Below are positions 12,301 to 24,100 of a stretch of 64,000 nucleotides of DNA, one piece after another. Position 1 is the first letter of the stretch; each line of letters opens with the position of its first letter. Source of the stretch: Squalus acanthias (Eukaryota); contig JASTWF010000344.1 of NCBI GenBank assembly GCA_030390025.1, forward strand, positions 62,001 through 126,000. Reading direction: 5' to 3'. The position numbers and the translations under genes are program-made. The notes beneath the pieces were generated by a model. The model did no database searches. It saw only the letters and a program-made list of their open reading frames with translations, and was not told where the DNA came from.

Positions 12301-15300
12301 CGTCACATGCCAATATGCAGTGTACCGTCACACGCCAACACGCGGTGTACCACCACACGTCAACACGCGCGGCCGGGTTCTATCATGAGACAGAATCTAC
12401 GGCATCTAAACAGGCCATTTGGCCCAACTGGTCTCTGCTGGGGTTTATGCTCCACACTATCTGGAAGGTATCGGATTCAGTGCGGGGAATCCTCCCAAAC
12501 CCCCTCAGACACTGACTGAGGAATCGCAGCATTCTCTTATTTCAGTGTTTCCCTTCTTGAAGGAGGAATTAAAGGAAATTAGTATTAGTAAAAAAATAGT
12601 GCTGGAGAAATTAATGGGACTGAAAGCTGATAAATCCCCAGGGCCTGATAATCTGCATCCCAGAGTACTAAAAGAGGTAGCCATGGAAATAGTGGATGCA
12701 TTAGTTGTCATCTTCCAAAATTCTATAGATTATGGAACAGTTCCGGCAGATTGGAGGGTGGCAAATGTAACCCCACTATTTAAAAAAGGAGGGAGAGAGA
12801 AAACCGGGAACTACAAACCGGTTAGCCTAACATCAGTAGTAGGGAAAATGCTAGAGTCTATTATAAAGGATGTGATAACAGGACACTTAGAAAATATCAA
12901 CGGGATTAGACAAAGTCAACATGGATTTATGAAAGGAAAATCGTGTTTGACAAACCTACTGGAGTTTTTTGAGGATGTAACTGGTAGAATAGATAAGGGA
13001 GAACCAGTGGTTGTGGTGTATTTCGATTTTCAGAAGGCCTTTGATAAAGTCCCACATAAGAGGTTAGTGTGCAAAATTAAAGCACATGGGATTGGGGGTA
13101 ATATACTGGCATGGATTGAAGATTGGTTAACAGACAGGAAACAGAGAGTAGGAATAAATGGATCTTTTTCGGGGTGTAGGCGGTGACTAGTGGGGTACCG
13201 CAGGGATCAATGCTTGGGCCCCAGCTATTCACAATATATATCAATGATTTGGATGAGGGAACCAAATGTAATATTTCCAAGTTTGCTGACGACACGAAAC
13301 TAGGTGGGATTGTGAGTTGTGAGGAGGATGCAAAGAGGCTTCAAGGCGATTTAGACAAGTTGAGTGAGTGGGCAAATATATGGCAGATGCAGTATAATGT
13401 GGATAAATGTGAAGTTATCCACTTCGGTAGGAAAAACAGAAAGGTAGGAGTATTATTTAAATGGTGATAGATTGGGAAATGCTGATGTACAAAGGGACCT
13501 GGGTGTCCTTGTACACCAGTCACTGAAAGCAAATATGCAGGTGCAGCAAGCAGTTAGGAAGGTAAATGGTATGTTGGCCTTCATTGCAAAAGGATTTGAG
13601 TACAGGAGCAAGGATGTCTTACTACAGTTATACAGGGCCTTGGTGAGACCACACCTGGAGTACTGTGTGCAGTTTTGGTCTCCTTACCTAAGAAAGGATA
13701 TACTTGCCATAGAGGGAGTGCAGCGAAGGTTCACCAGACTGATTCCTGGGATGGCAGGACTGTCGTATGAGGAGAGATGGGGTCGACTAGGCCTGTATTC
13801 ACTAGAGTTTAGAAGAATGAGAGGGGATCTCATTGAAACGTATATAAATTCTGACAGGGCTAGACAGACTGGATGCAGGGAGGATGTTTCCCCTGGCTGG
13901 GGGGGTCTAGAACGAGGGGTCACAGTCTCAGGATACGGGGTAGGACATTTAGGACTGAGATGAGGAGAAATTTCTTCACTCAGAGGGTGGTGAACCTGTG
14001 GAATTCTCTACCACAGAAGGCTGTGGAGGCCAAGTCACTGAATATATTTAAGGAGGAGATAGATAGATTTCTAGACACAAAAGGCATCAGGAGAGAGCGG
14101 GAATATGGTATTGAGAAAGAGGATCAGCCATGATCATATTGAATGGCGGAGCAGGCTCGAAGGGCCGCAAGGCCTACTCCTGCTCCTATTTTGCTATGTT
14201 TGTCACCAGGACAGACCGCCCCAGGACATAAGAACATAAGAAATAGGAGCAGGAGTCGGCCATCTGACCCTTTGAGCCTGCTCCGCCATTCAACAAGATC
14301 ATGGCTGATCTTCTACCTCAAGTCCACCTTCCCACCTGATCCCCATATCCCTTAATTCCCAAAAATTTATTGATCTCTGTCTTGAATATACTCAACGACT
14401 GAGCATCCACAGCTCTCCAGGGCAGAAAATTCCAAAGATTCACAACCCTTTGAGCGAAGAAATTTCTCTTCATCTCAGTCCTAAATGGCCGACCCCTTAT
14501 TCTGAGACTGTGACCCCGTGTTCTAGATTCCCCAGCCAAGTGAAACATTTTCTCAGCATTAGCCCGGTCAAGCCCCTTAAGAATTTTATATGTTTCAATT
14601 GGATCACCTCTCATTCTTCTAAACTCTAGGGAATATAGGCCTAGTCTACTCAATCTCTCCTCATAGGGCAATCCCCTCATCCCAGGAACCAGTCTAGCAA
14701 ACCTTTGTTGCACTCCCTCTATGGCAAGTATATCCTTCCTTCGGTAAGGAGACCAAAACTGTACACAATACTCCAGGTGTGGCCTCACCAATGCCCTGTA
14801 TAATTGTAGTAAGACATCTTTACTCTTATACTCTAATCCCTTTGTAACAAAAGCTAACATACCATTTGCTTTCCTAATTGCTTGCTGTACCTGCATGTTA
14901 ACTTTCTGTGATTCATGTACAAGGACACCCAGGTCCCTCTGAGTGCAAACATTTCCCAGTCTCTCACCATTCAAAAAATATTCTGCTTTTTTGTTTTTCC
15001 TACCAAAGTGGATAACTTCACACTTCCCCACATTGTATTGCATTTGCCATGTTCTTGCCCACTCAGTCAACCTGTCTATATCTCTCTGCAGCCTCTTTGC
15101 GTCCTCCTCACAGCTTACTTTCCCACCTAACTTTGTATCATCAGCAAACTTGGATACGTTACACTCAGTCCCTTCACCTAAGTCATTAATATAGATTGTA
15201 AATAGCTGAGGCCCAAGCACTGATCCTTGTGGTACCCCGCTAGTTACAGCCTGCCAACCTGAAAAAGTCCCGTTTATTCCTACTCTCTGTTTTCTGTCCA

Positions 15301-17398
15301 TTAACCAATCCTCAATCCATGCTAATATATTACCCCCAATACCATGAGTCCTAATTTTGTGTAATAACCTCTTGTGTGGCACCTTATCGAATGCCTTTTG
15401 AAAATCCAAATACACTACATCCACTGGTTCCCCTTATCCATCCTACTCGTTACATCTTCAAAAAACTCAAACAGATTTGTCAAACACGATTTTCCTTTCA
15501 TAAAACCATGTTGACTCTGCCTAATCATATTACGATTTTCTAAGTGCCCTGTTACCACGTCCCTAATAATAGATTCTAGCATTTTGCCTACTACTGATGT
15601 CAGGCTAACTGGCCTATAGTTCCCTGTTTTTTCTCTTCCTCATTTCTTGAATAGTGGGGTTACGTTCCAATCCTTGGGGACTGTTCTAGAATCTAGGGAA
15701 TTCTGGAAGATTAATACCAGTGCATCCACTATCTCTGCAGCTACCTCTTTTAAAACCCTAGGATGCAGGTCGTCAGGTCCAGGGGATTTATCGCCACTCA
15801 GTCCCATTAATTTCTCCAGTACTATGTCTTTATTTATACTGATTTCTTTAAGTTCCTAATTCTCTCTAGACCCTTGGTTCCCCATTATTTCTGGAATGTT
15901 TTTTGTGTCTTCTACTGTGAAGACAGATACAAAGTATTTGTTTAATGTCTCTGCCATTTCCGTATTGCCCATTGTAATTTCTCCTGTCTCTGCCTCTAAT
16001 GGGCCCACTTTTACTTTCACTAATCTCTTGCTATTTACATACCTATAGAAACGTTTACAGTCTGTTTTTATGTCTCGCTAGTTTACTCTCGTATTCTATT
16101 TTCCCTTTCTTCATCAATTTCTTGGTCCTCCTTTGCTGAATTCTAAAATCCTCCCAATCCTCAGGCTAACTACAATTTTTGGCAACATTATAAGCCTCTT
16201 CCTTTGATCTAATACTATCTTTAACTTCTCTTGTTAGCCACGGTTGGACCACTTTTCCTGTGGGGTTTTTGTGCCTTAAAGGAATGTATATTTGTTGTAG
16301 ACCGCCCCAGGACAGGGCAGATCCAGGACAGACCGCCCCAGGACGTATTGCTCCAGGACACTCTCCTGGCACTGCCGTGTGTCTGTCTCTCACTCCCACA
16401 CGATTCCTGAATGCGCGGAGTGAGCGAGCGCTCCGACACTGGGTCTGGGCATCGATTCCTGTCCGAGCCCAGCAGCACTGCAAGGGCAGGGGACCAACTT
16501 CCTGTGCAAGGCTCTGTTGGCCGATATACAGCGGCTATCAATAGTGACTGGACCTTTCACAGAGAAACACAAACACACGCAGGACACTGAAAGGGGTCAG
16601 CAGCGATCGGGGGATGGTGACATTGCTCGCCAGATACTGGGGCCATTGCACAGAATGTTCCGGAATCCTCGGATAGTCTCTGCACCACATTCATCTCACC
16701 TTCAAACTACTGCAAGCAAGGACAGTGCATGAGCAAACCTGCCGCAGGATAAAACTCCCCGAACAAAACACAAGCTCACAGGTCATTGCCCCGAGTGTGT
16801 CAGTGATGTCAGCGAGGCGAGGTCATTGCCCCGAGTGTGTCAGTGATGTCAGCGAGTGTGTCAGTGATGTCAGCGAGGCGAGGTCATTGCCCCGAGTGTG
16901 TCAGTGATGTCAGCGAGGCGAGGTCATTGCCCCGAGTGTGTCAGTGATGTCAGTGAGGCGAGGTCACTGCCCCGAGTGTGTCAGTGATGTCAGCGAGGCG
17001 AGGTCATTGCCCCGAGTGTGTCAGTGATGTCAGCGAGGCGAGGTCATTGCCCCGAGTGTGTCAGTGATGTCAGCGAGGCGAGGTCACTGCCCCGAGTGTG
17101 TCAGTGATGTCAGCGAGGCGAGGTCATTGCCCCGAGTGTGTCAGTGATGTCAGCGAGGCGAGGTCATTGCCCCGAGTGTGTCAGTGATGTCAGCGAGGCG
17201 AGGTCATTGCCCCGAGTGTGTCAGTGATGTCAGCGAGGCGAGGTCATTGCCCCGAGTGTGTCAGTGATGTCAGCGAGGCGAGGTTACCTCCTCTTTTTCC
17301 TTTAACAGTGTCTCCAGCTCCTCCACTGATTGGCTCAGATCCGTGTTCTGAGTTGCAACTGTTACAACGTCCTCACCTTGGGACTCGAGCTCAATAAC
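6398..17398 (-). CDS. HOMER3: Homer scaffold protein 3-like, C-terminal coiled-coil exons only (partial gene)
   Basis: Three phase-0 GT-AG exons on the minus strand: 17398-17288 ([37 protein letters not shown]), 6853-6773 ([27 protein letters not shown]) and 6595-6398 ([14 protein letters not shown]...[29 protein letters not shown]). They match the Homer C-terminal leucine zipper and the exon pattern of HOMER3. Proximity to DDX49/UPF1 supports HOMER3 over other paralogues. EVH1-domain exons were not found in the window. Confidence 0.85.
6889..6996. repeat. 21-23-bp GC-rich minisatellite, resuming at ~9238-9297 after a LINE insertion
   Basis: GGGGAGACCGCGGC(AA/TGAG)CGCAC units on both sides of the LINE. 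Confidence 0.75.
6997..9237 (+). mobile_element. 5'-truncated CR1/L2-clade LINE (distinct family, A-rich tail) in a HOMER3 intron
   Basis: GPDNIP...[12 protein letters not shown]...[34 protein letters not shown]; frameshifts; ends in AATAAA...A-run at 9228-9237. Confidence 0.85.
7637..8320 (-). mobile_element. L2-like LINE 3' fragment nested in the LINE above
   Basis: Minus-strand [22 protein letters not shown]...GPKLWNSLP (L2 ORF2 end) with a (TTG)n tail at ~7637-7647. The host LINE resumes at ~8321. Confidence 0.85.
9437..12368. repeat. CpG-rich 25-bp minisatellite, about 2.9 kb
   Basis: Unit GTGTACCGTCACACGCCAACACGCG, about 115-120 copies, with recurrent AAGAGATG/AAGAGGTG variants. Confidence 0.97.
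12550..14201 (+). mobile_element. 5'-truncated CR1 LINE
   Basis: [61 protein letters not shown]; several frameshifts; CR1 3' end. Confidence 0.93.
14229..16298 (-). mobile_element. 5'-truncated CR1 LINE
   Basis: 368-aa RT/C-terminal ORF at 15424-14318; (TTCTTATG)n tail; flanked by direct repeat AGACCGCCCCAGGACA (14213-14228, 16299-16314). Confidence 0.93.
16780..17284. repeat. 40-bp minisatellite abutting a HOMER3 splice donor
   Basis: Unit AGGTCATTGCCCCGAGTGTGTCAGTGATGTCAGCGAGGCG, about 12 near-identical copies. Confidence 0.95.
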
Positions 17399-17769
17399 CT
17401 GGAGACAGAGAGCAGGGGGGTGGGGGAATGAAGGGAAGGGGTTGATGAGCTGATCAGTTCTGAAATAGTTTGTAAATTCAAGCCACGGATGGAATGTTCT
17501 CATCTCTAAAGGTGCTGAAGGGAACGGCACCGAGCATCACCCCCCCACCCTCAACCCCCCCCGCCCCCACTCAACCCCGCCTCCCCCATCCCTCCCCACT
17601 CAACCCCGCCCTCCCCATTCAAACCCCCCTCCCCCATCCCGCCCCGTCCCTCCCCATGCCACAACCCCCCTCCACACCCACTCAATCCCCTCCACCCCTC
17701 CCCATTCAAACCCCCTCCCCATCCCACCCCACTCCACACCCCCCTCCCCACCCCACAACCCCGCTACCC

Positions 17770-17969
17770 NNNNNNNNNNNNNNNNNNNNNNNNNNNNNNN
17801 NNNNNNNNNNNNNNNNNNNNNNNNNNNNNNNNNNNNNNNNNNNNNNNNNNNNNNNNNNNNNNNNNNNNNNNNNNNNNNNNNNNNNNNNNNNNNNNNNNNN
17901 NNNNNNNNNNNNNNNNNNNNNNNNNNNNNNNNNNNNNNNNNNNNNNNNNNNNNNNNNNNNNNNNNNNNN
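17770..17969. other. Assembly gap
   Basis: Run of N; preceded by C-rich low-complexity sequence at 17540-17769. Confidence 1.
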
Positions 17970-19262
17970 TTCATAGTCTTTCTCAGTCTGCTCCTATCTA
18001 ATATGGTACTACTACCACCTCTAATACTATCTTCTCTAGTACTATCCAACACAATCACTCTTTTATGCACCTTATTCCTCTTTTCTACTCCTACATGCTG
18101 GTGCCCATCCCCCTGCCAAGTTATTTTAAACCCTCCCCAACAGCACTAGCAAACCTCCCTGCGAGAATATTGGTCCTGGCTCTGTTGAGGTGTAACCCAT
18201 CCGGCTTGTACAGGTCCCACCTTCCCCAGAAATGGGTCCAATGCCTCAGGAATCTAAAGCCCTCCCTCCTGCACCATCTCTCCAGCCACGCATTCATCTG
18301 TTCTATCCTCCTATTCCTGTACTCACTAGCATGTGGCAGCGTGGGTAATCCGGAGATTACTACCTTTGAGGTCCTGCTTTTTAATCTCTCTCCTAGCTCC
18401 CTATAGTCTGCCTGCAGGACCTCATCCCTCTTTCTGCCTATGTCGTTGGTACCGATATGGACAACGACCTCTGGCTGTTCACCCTCCCCCTTCAGAGTGT
18501 CCTGCAGCCGCTCAGTGACATCCTTGACCCTGGCACCAGGGAGGCAACATACCATCCTGGAGTCACGTCTACGGCCGCAGAAATGCCTGTCTGCTCGCCT
18601 AACTATTGAATCCCCTACCACTATTGCTCTTCCACTCTTTTTCCTCCCCCCCCTGTGCAGCTGAGCCAACCGTGGTGCCGTGGACTTGACTCTGGCTGCA
18701 CTCCCCAGAGGAACCATCACCCTCACCAGTACTCAGAACAGAATACTGGTTGGAGAGCGCGATGCACTCCAGGGACGGGGACTCCTGCACTACCTGCCTG
18801 GTCCTCCTCTTCTGTCTGGCGGTCGCCCATTCCCTCCCTGCCTGCACACTCTTAAGCTGCGGGGTGACCACCTCTAGAAACGTGCTATCCACGTAACTCT
18901 CAGCCTCGCGGATGCACCGCAGTGACTCCAGCCGCCGCTCAAGCTCCGAAACCCGGAGCTCGAGTTGCTGTAGCTGCGACACTTCCCGCACATGTGGTCG
19001 TCCAGGCTACGTGAAGCGTCCAGGACTTCTCACATGGCACAGGATGTGCACTCCACGGGACTGAGCTGCCCTGCCATGCCTCTATTTAATAGACTAAGAA
19101 CTAACCCAGCAGAAATAAACTTTTAAACTTAAAAAAAATACACTCACCAATCAACTCCTTCCCTTGTGCCGATGTCACTTTTTTACTCTGGCATCACTTC
19201 TTCAAAAACTGCCTCTGTTGAGTTGCTGCCGCTCCTTTGAACTGCTCCGCTCTCGCTGGGCT
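17970..19262 (-). mobile_element. CR1 LINE 5' region with ORF1 (Zn-finger, coiled coil, SGNH esterase), running into the gap
   Basis: VVGDSIVR, CCLPGARV, VVVHIGTNDIG, DGLHLN motifs; N-terminal CTSCAM...CGKC; frameshifted. Confidence 0.9.
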
Positions 19263-20067
19263 CCCTCCAGGTCCACTCCTTTAAGGTCCCGAATAGGCCC
19301 TACTCTTACTTTAGTTATCCTCTTGCTCTTAATGTATTTATAAAACATCTTTGGGTTTTCCTTGATTTTACTTGCCAATATTTTTTCATGCCCTCTCTTT
19401 GCTTCCCTAATTTCCTTTTTAATTTCACCCCTGCTCTTTCTATACTCCTCTCGGCTTTCTGCAGTATTGAGTCCTCGGTATCTGTCATAAGCTTCCCTTT
19501 TTTTCTTTATCCTACCCGGTATGCCCCTTGACATCCAGGGAGCTCTGGATTTGTTAGTCCCACCCTTTCTCTTTAAGGGAACATACTTGCTCTGAACCCT
19601 CACTGTCTCCTCCTTGAATGCCTCCCACTGCTCTGACACTGATTTACCTTCAAGTTTCTGTCTCCAGTCCACTTTGGCTAAATCACATCTCAGCTTAGTA
19701 AAATTAGCTTTTCCCCAATTGAGAACTTTTATTCCTGGTCTGTCCTTGTCCTTTTCCATAACTACCCTAAATCTAACTGAATTATGATCACTACCACCAA
19801 TATGCTCTCCCACTAATCCCCTTTCCACCTGCCCAGCTTCATTCCCTAAAACTAGGTCCAGAACCGCCCCCTCTCTTGTTGGGCTTGCTACGTACTGGCT
19901 AAAAAAGTTCTCCTGAATGCAATTTAAGAATTCTGCTCCCGCTATACCTTTCACAGTAATTTTATCCCAGTTAATATTAGGGTGTGGCGGATCGCCACCT
20001 AAACGGGCATAACCCACTTTTCCGTCTGTGGACAATATATCGGTGAACCTTCCCTTTAAGGCACCTT

Positions 20068-20962
20068 GGGGTAGAAATTAGGTCGCGCCCCATTTGGGGC
20101 GCAAATATCGTCCGGACGCAAATATTAGCGCCTGGCGCTAATTATCGGCACTGACGGGAAACTTCACTTTTACCGCCCCGGGAGGTGAGTGGAGCGCTAA
20201 AGCAGGCGCTGCACACCTCTCTTAAGGCGCAAAGGCCGAGCAGTGAGGCGCTAACTCGGAGCACTGGCGAAGCTCATGTAATGTCAGTCAGCAATGGAAC
20301 ACACACACAATGGCACGGGCCAGTTCTTAAAGGGGATGGTTAATCTTGCTTTCCATCCACATCCTGTTCATTGCTGCCTTGAATCTCGGCCTGGAGAGAG
20401 TTGCACATCAAATGTGCTGGAAAGAACAATGGAGAGCACCAGGCAAAGAGCTCAGAGTGCAGCTCCCACGGTCTCTGCTAAATCGATACAAGGAATGGCA
20501 AATCAAAATGAACCTGCAAAGTGCTGCTCAGTACCCAAAACTCCTTCACACAACGTTGAATCTCTCCAGAAGTCTCTCCCTCTCTCTCTCAGAATGCGTA
20601 GTTCAAAAATGCCACCAACAATAAAAGACAGGAAGAGGCCCCCTTTAAATAGCGCCCCCCCCCCAGCCCCACAGCGATTGATAGCGTTCCAGTCTTCTGG
20701 TCGTTGGAAGCGCCAGGCGGTAAGGCAGGGGGCGCCACTCAATTTCCGCTACGGGGCGCCCCAAGGGCGTTGCACCATGGAATGACGTCACAATCTGCGC
20801 GCGCAGGTGGTCGCAGCGGTAAGTTTTAGCGCCGCCGCACAATCTCAAGTTAAGTTCTCGAGCGGCACAAACATCGCTGCGCCCGGGCGTTAGCGGCTTT
20901 GCGCCCCATTAGCGCCCTCTTAAGGCGCTAACGGGTGGCGCAACCAAGTGAATTTTTACCCC
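20068..20962. mobile_element. Non-autonomous DNA transposon, PIF/Harbinger-like, inserted in the Gypsy 5' LTR
   Basis: TIRs GGGGTAGAAATT / AATTTTTACCCC. 3-bp TSD CTT (20065-20067, 20963-20965). The 3' LTR shows the empty site CACCTTACCTTT. No transposase ORF. Confidence 0.85.
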
Positions 20963-21161
20963 CTTACCTTTAAGACAGGAGTGGGCGGGGCTTCAGGGTT
21001 TTTCCAGAGAATTCTGGGAGCAGCTTTCTCAGCCATTTTTGTGTGCCATGCAGTGAATTAAAGTTTCTTGTTTTCCACATATGGATTCAGCCTCCATTCG
21101 TGTTTCGCGGCAGCCTCAACATTGGTGACCCCGACGCTCAGAACGTATTCCGAGCACTGCA

Positions 21162-24100
21162 ATGGCGGACACGAACGCAGTTTCCGTGAAACTGCCGGAG
21201 TTTTGGGAAAACCAGCCCGAAGCCTGGTTTCTCCAAGCTGAATCTCGCTTCCGGCTGCGAAATATCACCATAGATGGGATGAAGTACGACTATCTCGTCA
21301 CATCACTCAGTAGCGCCGCGGTTTCGAAGGTTTGGACAACGCTGCAGAACCCACCAGAGGAAGGCAAGTACGCATATCTCAGGACAGCGCTCCTTAAAAA
21401 ATTAACGGCCTCGGCATATCAGCGAAACTGCCACCTCCTCGACCTTCCAGGCCTCGGTGATGCCTCACCGTCAGACCTCCTCTCCCACATGCTCTCCCTC
21501 ACCGACGAGAGCCCACCCGGATCCCTCTTCCGCACGCTGTTCATCTGCCAGCTCCCTCTCAGCATCCGCCCAGCGATCATGGCGTCCGGCCTCACGAACC
21601 TGGAAGCCAATGCCTGGGCACGCCCCTCACCATCCAGCACGCGGCCACAAGGGCCCGTCACCAGGCCCACGGGGCCTTCACGCCCCACTAACCCGGGCCA
21701 CTGTTACTACCACGCACGGTTCGGCACCAGGGCACAACGGTGCACACCTCCCTGCTCTTTCAAGTCCGCCCCCGTACCAGCCCCCGCGATGGCTGTGGGC
21801 CACGCGGGCTCCCTGCTGTTCGTTACGGATGACAAAACCGGCCACCGGTTCCTGTGCGACACTGGGGCTCAGCACAGCATCATCCCGGCCTCCTCCCTCG
21901 ACATCCAAAAGGGCGAACGAGGACCGGTGCTGGCTGCTGCTAACGGCTCGGAAATCCGGACGTATGGCACCCGGACAGTCACCCTCAACCTCGCTGGTCG
22001 CCGCTACCGATGGGAGTTCATCACTGCCAAGGTGCTCTCCCCTCTCATCGGCGCAGATTTCCTGTGCGCCCACGGCCTACTGGTAGACATCCCCCGTCAC
22101 CGCCTCGTGGACATGAACACCATGTCCCCCATCCTGGGCGCCATGGCCCCCAGTCAACCCGCCGACATGGCGTCACAGTGCCACGCCCGGGCCACGGATG
22201 ACTACTCGGCACTCCTGGCCGAATTCCCAGCCCTTACCAATCCGACCTTCTCCACGGAGGCCGCCAAACACGGGGTGGAACATTTCATCCCCACCACAGG
22301 CTCCCCAGTGTACGCCCACGCCCGCAGGCTGGACCCGGCCAAACTGGAGGTCGCGCGGACCGAGTTTGCCACCATGGAACAGCTCGGCATCATCCGCCGC
22401 TCCAACAGTCCCTGGGCCTCCCCACTCCACATCGCCCCCAAACCAGGCGGAGGTTGGCGCCCCTGCGGGGATTACCGCCGCCTCAATGACGCCACCACCC
22501 CTGATCGGTACCCCGTGCCGCACATTCAGGACTTCTCAGCTAGACTGGCCGGCCGCTCAGTCTTTTCCAAGGTCGACCTGGTGCGCGGCTACCACCAAGT
22601 CCCCGTCCACCCCGCGGACGTCCCCAAGACGGCCGTAATCACTCCCTTCGGCCTGTTCGAGTTCCTGCGGATGCCTTTCTGCCTCAAAAACGCGGCCCAG
22701 GCATTCCAACGACTCATGGACTTGGTCCTTCGGGACCTGAAGTTCCTGTTCGTCTACCTGGACGACATCCTGGTAGCCAGTTCCTCCAAGCAGGAACACC
22801 TCGAACACCTCCGCATCCTGTTCGGGCGCCTCAGCGACCACGGGCTCATCCTCAGCCCAGCCAAATGCCAGTTCGGCCTGGACAAGATCGATTTCCTCGG
22901 CCACCACATCACCCATGCTGGGGCCATTCCCCTGCCCACCAAGGTGCAGGCCGTCCAACAATTTCACCGCCCCACCACCATCAAAGGCCTCCAGGAGTTC
23001 CTCGGGATGGTGAACTTCTATAACCGCTTCATCCCCAAAGCGCCGTCCCTCATGCGGCCCCTGTATGAAACCCTCCGGGGCAGGAGCGGCAAGATGGCAG
23101 TCGAATGGACGGCAGACCCGTCAGCTGCCTTCGACTCCACCAAGACCGCACTCGCCAACGCCACCCTGCTCGCGCACCCACGGGCCAATGCCAGGGTAGC
23201 GCTCACCACGGACGCCTCTGACCATGCGGTCGGCGCCGTGTATGAGCAGTGGGTCGACGGCGCCTGGCAACCACTTGCCTTCTTCAGCCGCCAACTACGA
23301 CCCCCGGAGGTCAAGTACAGCACCTTCGACTGCGAGCTCCCCGCGCTGTTCCTGGCGGTCCGCCATTTCCGGTTTTTGCTTGAGGGCCACCTCTTCACGG
23401 CGTTTGTCGACCACAAGCCCCTGACATTCGCAATGGCAAAGACAACCGACCCCTGGTCCGCCAGGCAGCAGCGCCAGCTCGCGGCAGTGTCCGAGTTCAC
23501 CACGGACATCCAACACATCTCCGGCCGAGACAATGTGGTAGCCGACTGCCTCTCCCGCCCCGCCATCCACGCCGCACACCTAGCAGTCGACTACGCTCAA
23601 CTCGCAGCAGACCAGATCACCGACCCTGATCTGCTCTCCGCACCCACCAACCTACCAGGGCTACGCCTGGCCGACGTCGCCTGTGGCCCGACCGCAGTCA
23701 TGGTCAAGTGCGACATATCCCTATGTCAACCTTGGCCCGTCGTCCCAGCGTCCTGGCGCCGCTGGGTATTCGACATTCTCCACAACCTCTCCCACCCCGG
23801 CGCCCGCGCATCCATCAAATTGGTAGCCAACCGCTTTGTCTGGCGCGGCCTTCGCAAGGATGTGCGTACTTGGGCCAACTCCTGCCTAGCCTGCCAACGG
23901 GCCAAGGTACAGCAACACACGAAAGCACCCCTCGAGGAGTTTACCGTCCCCTCGCGGAGATTCAACCACATCCACGTGGACATCGTCGGGCCCCTGCCGC
24001 CGTCGCAAGGCCACACGCACTTGCTGACCATCGTTGACCGCACCACACGCTGGCCTGAGGCAATTCCACTGACCTCTACCACCACCGCCGACATCGCCAG

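Noticed and set aside
9429..12515. Long ORFs (764, 717, 436 aa) of [19 protein letters not shown] repeats
   Set aside because: Translation of a stop-poor 25-bp minisatellite, open in all three frames and antisense within a HOMER3 intron.
18121..18726. SGNH/GDSL esterase ORF as a host or horizontally acquired enzyme
   Set aside because: It is the known esterase domain of CR1 ORF1, present twice and frameshifted within LINE context.
20294..20785. 163-aa ORF inside the Harbinger-like element as a transposase
   Set aside because: No DDE motif or complete Myb/SANT domain is recognisable; at most a relic.
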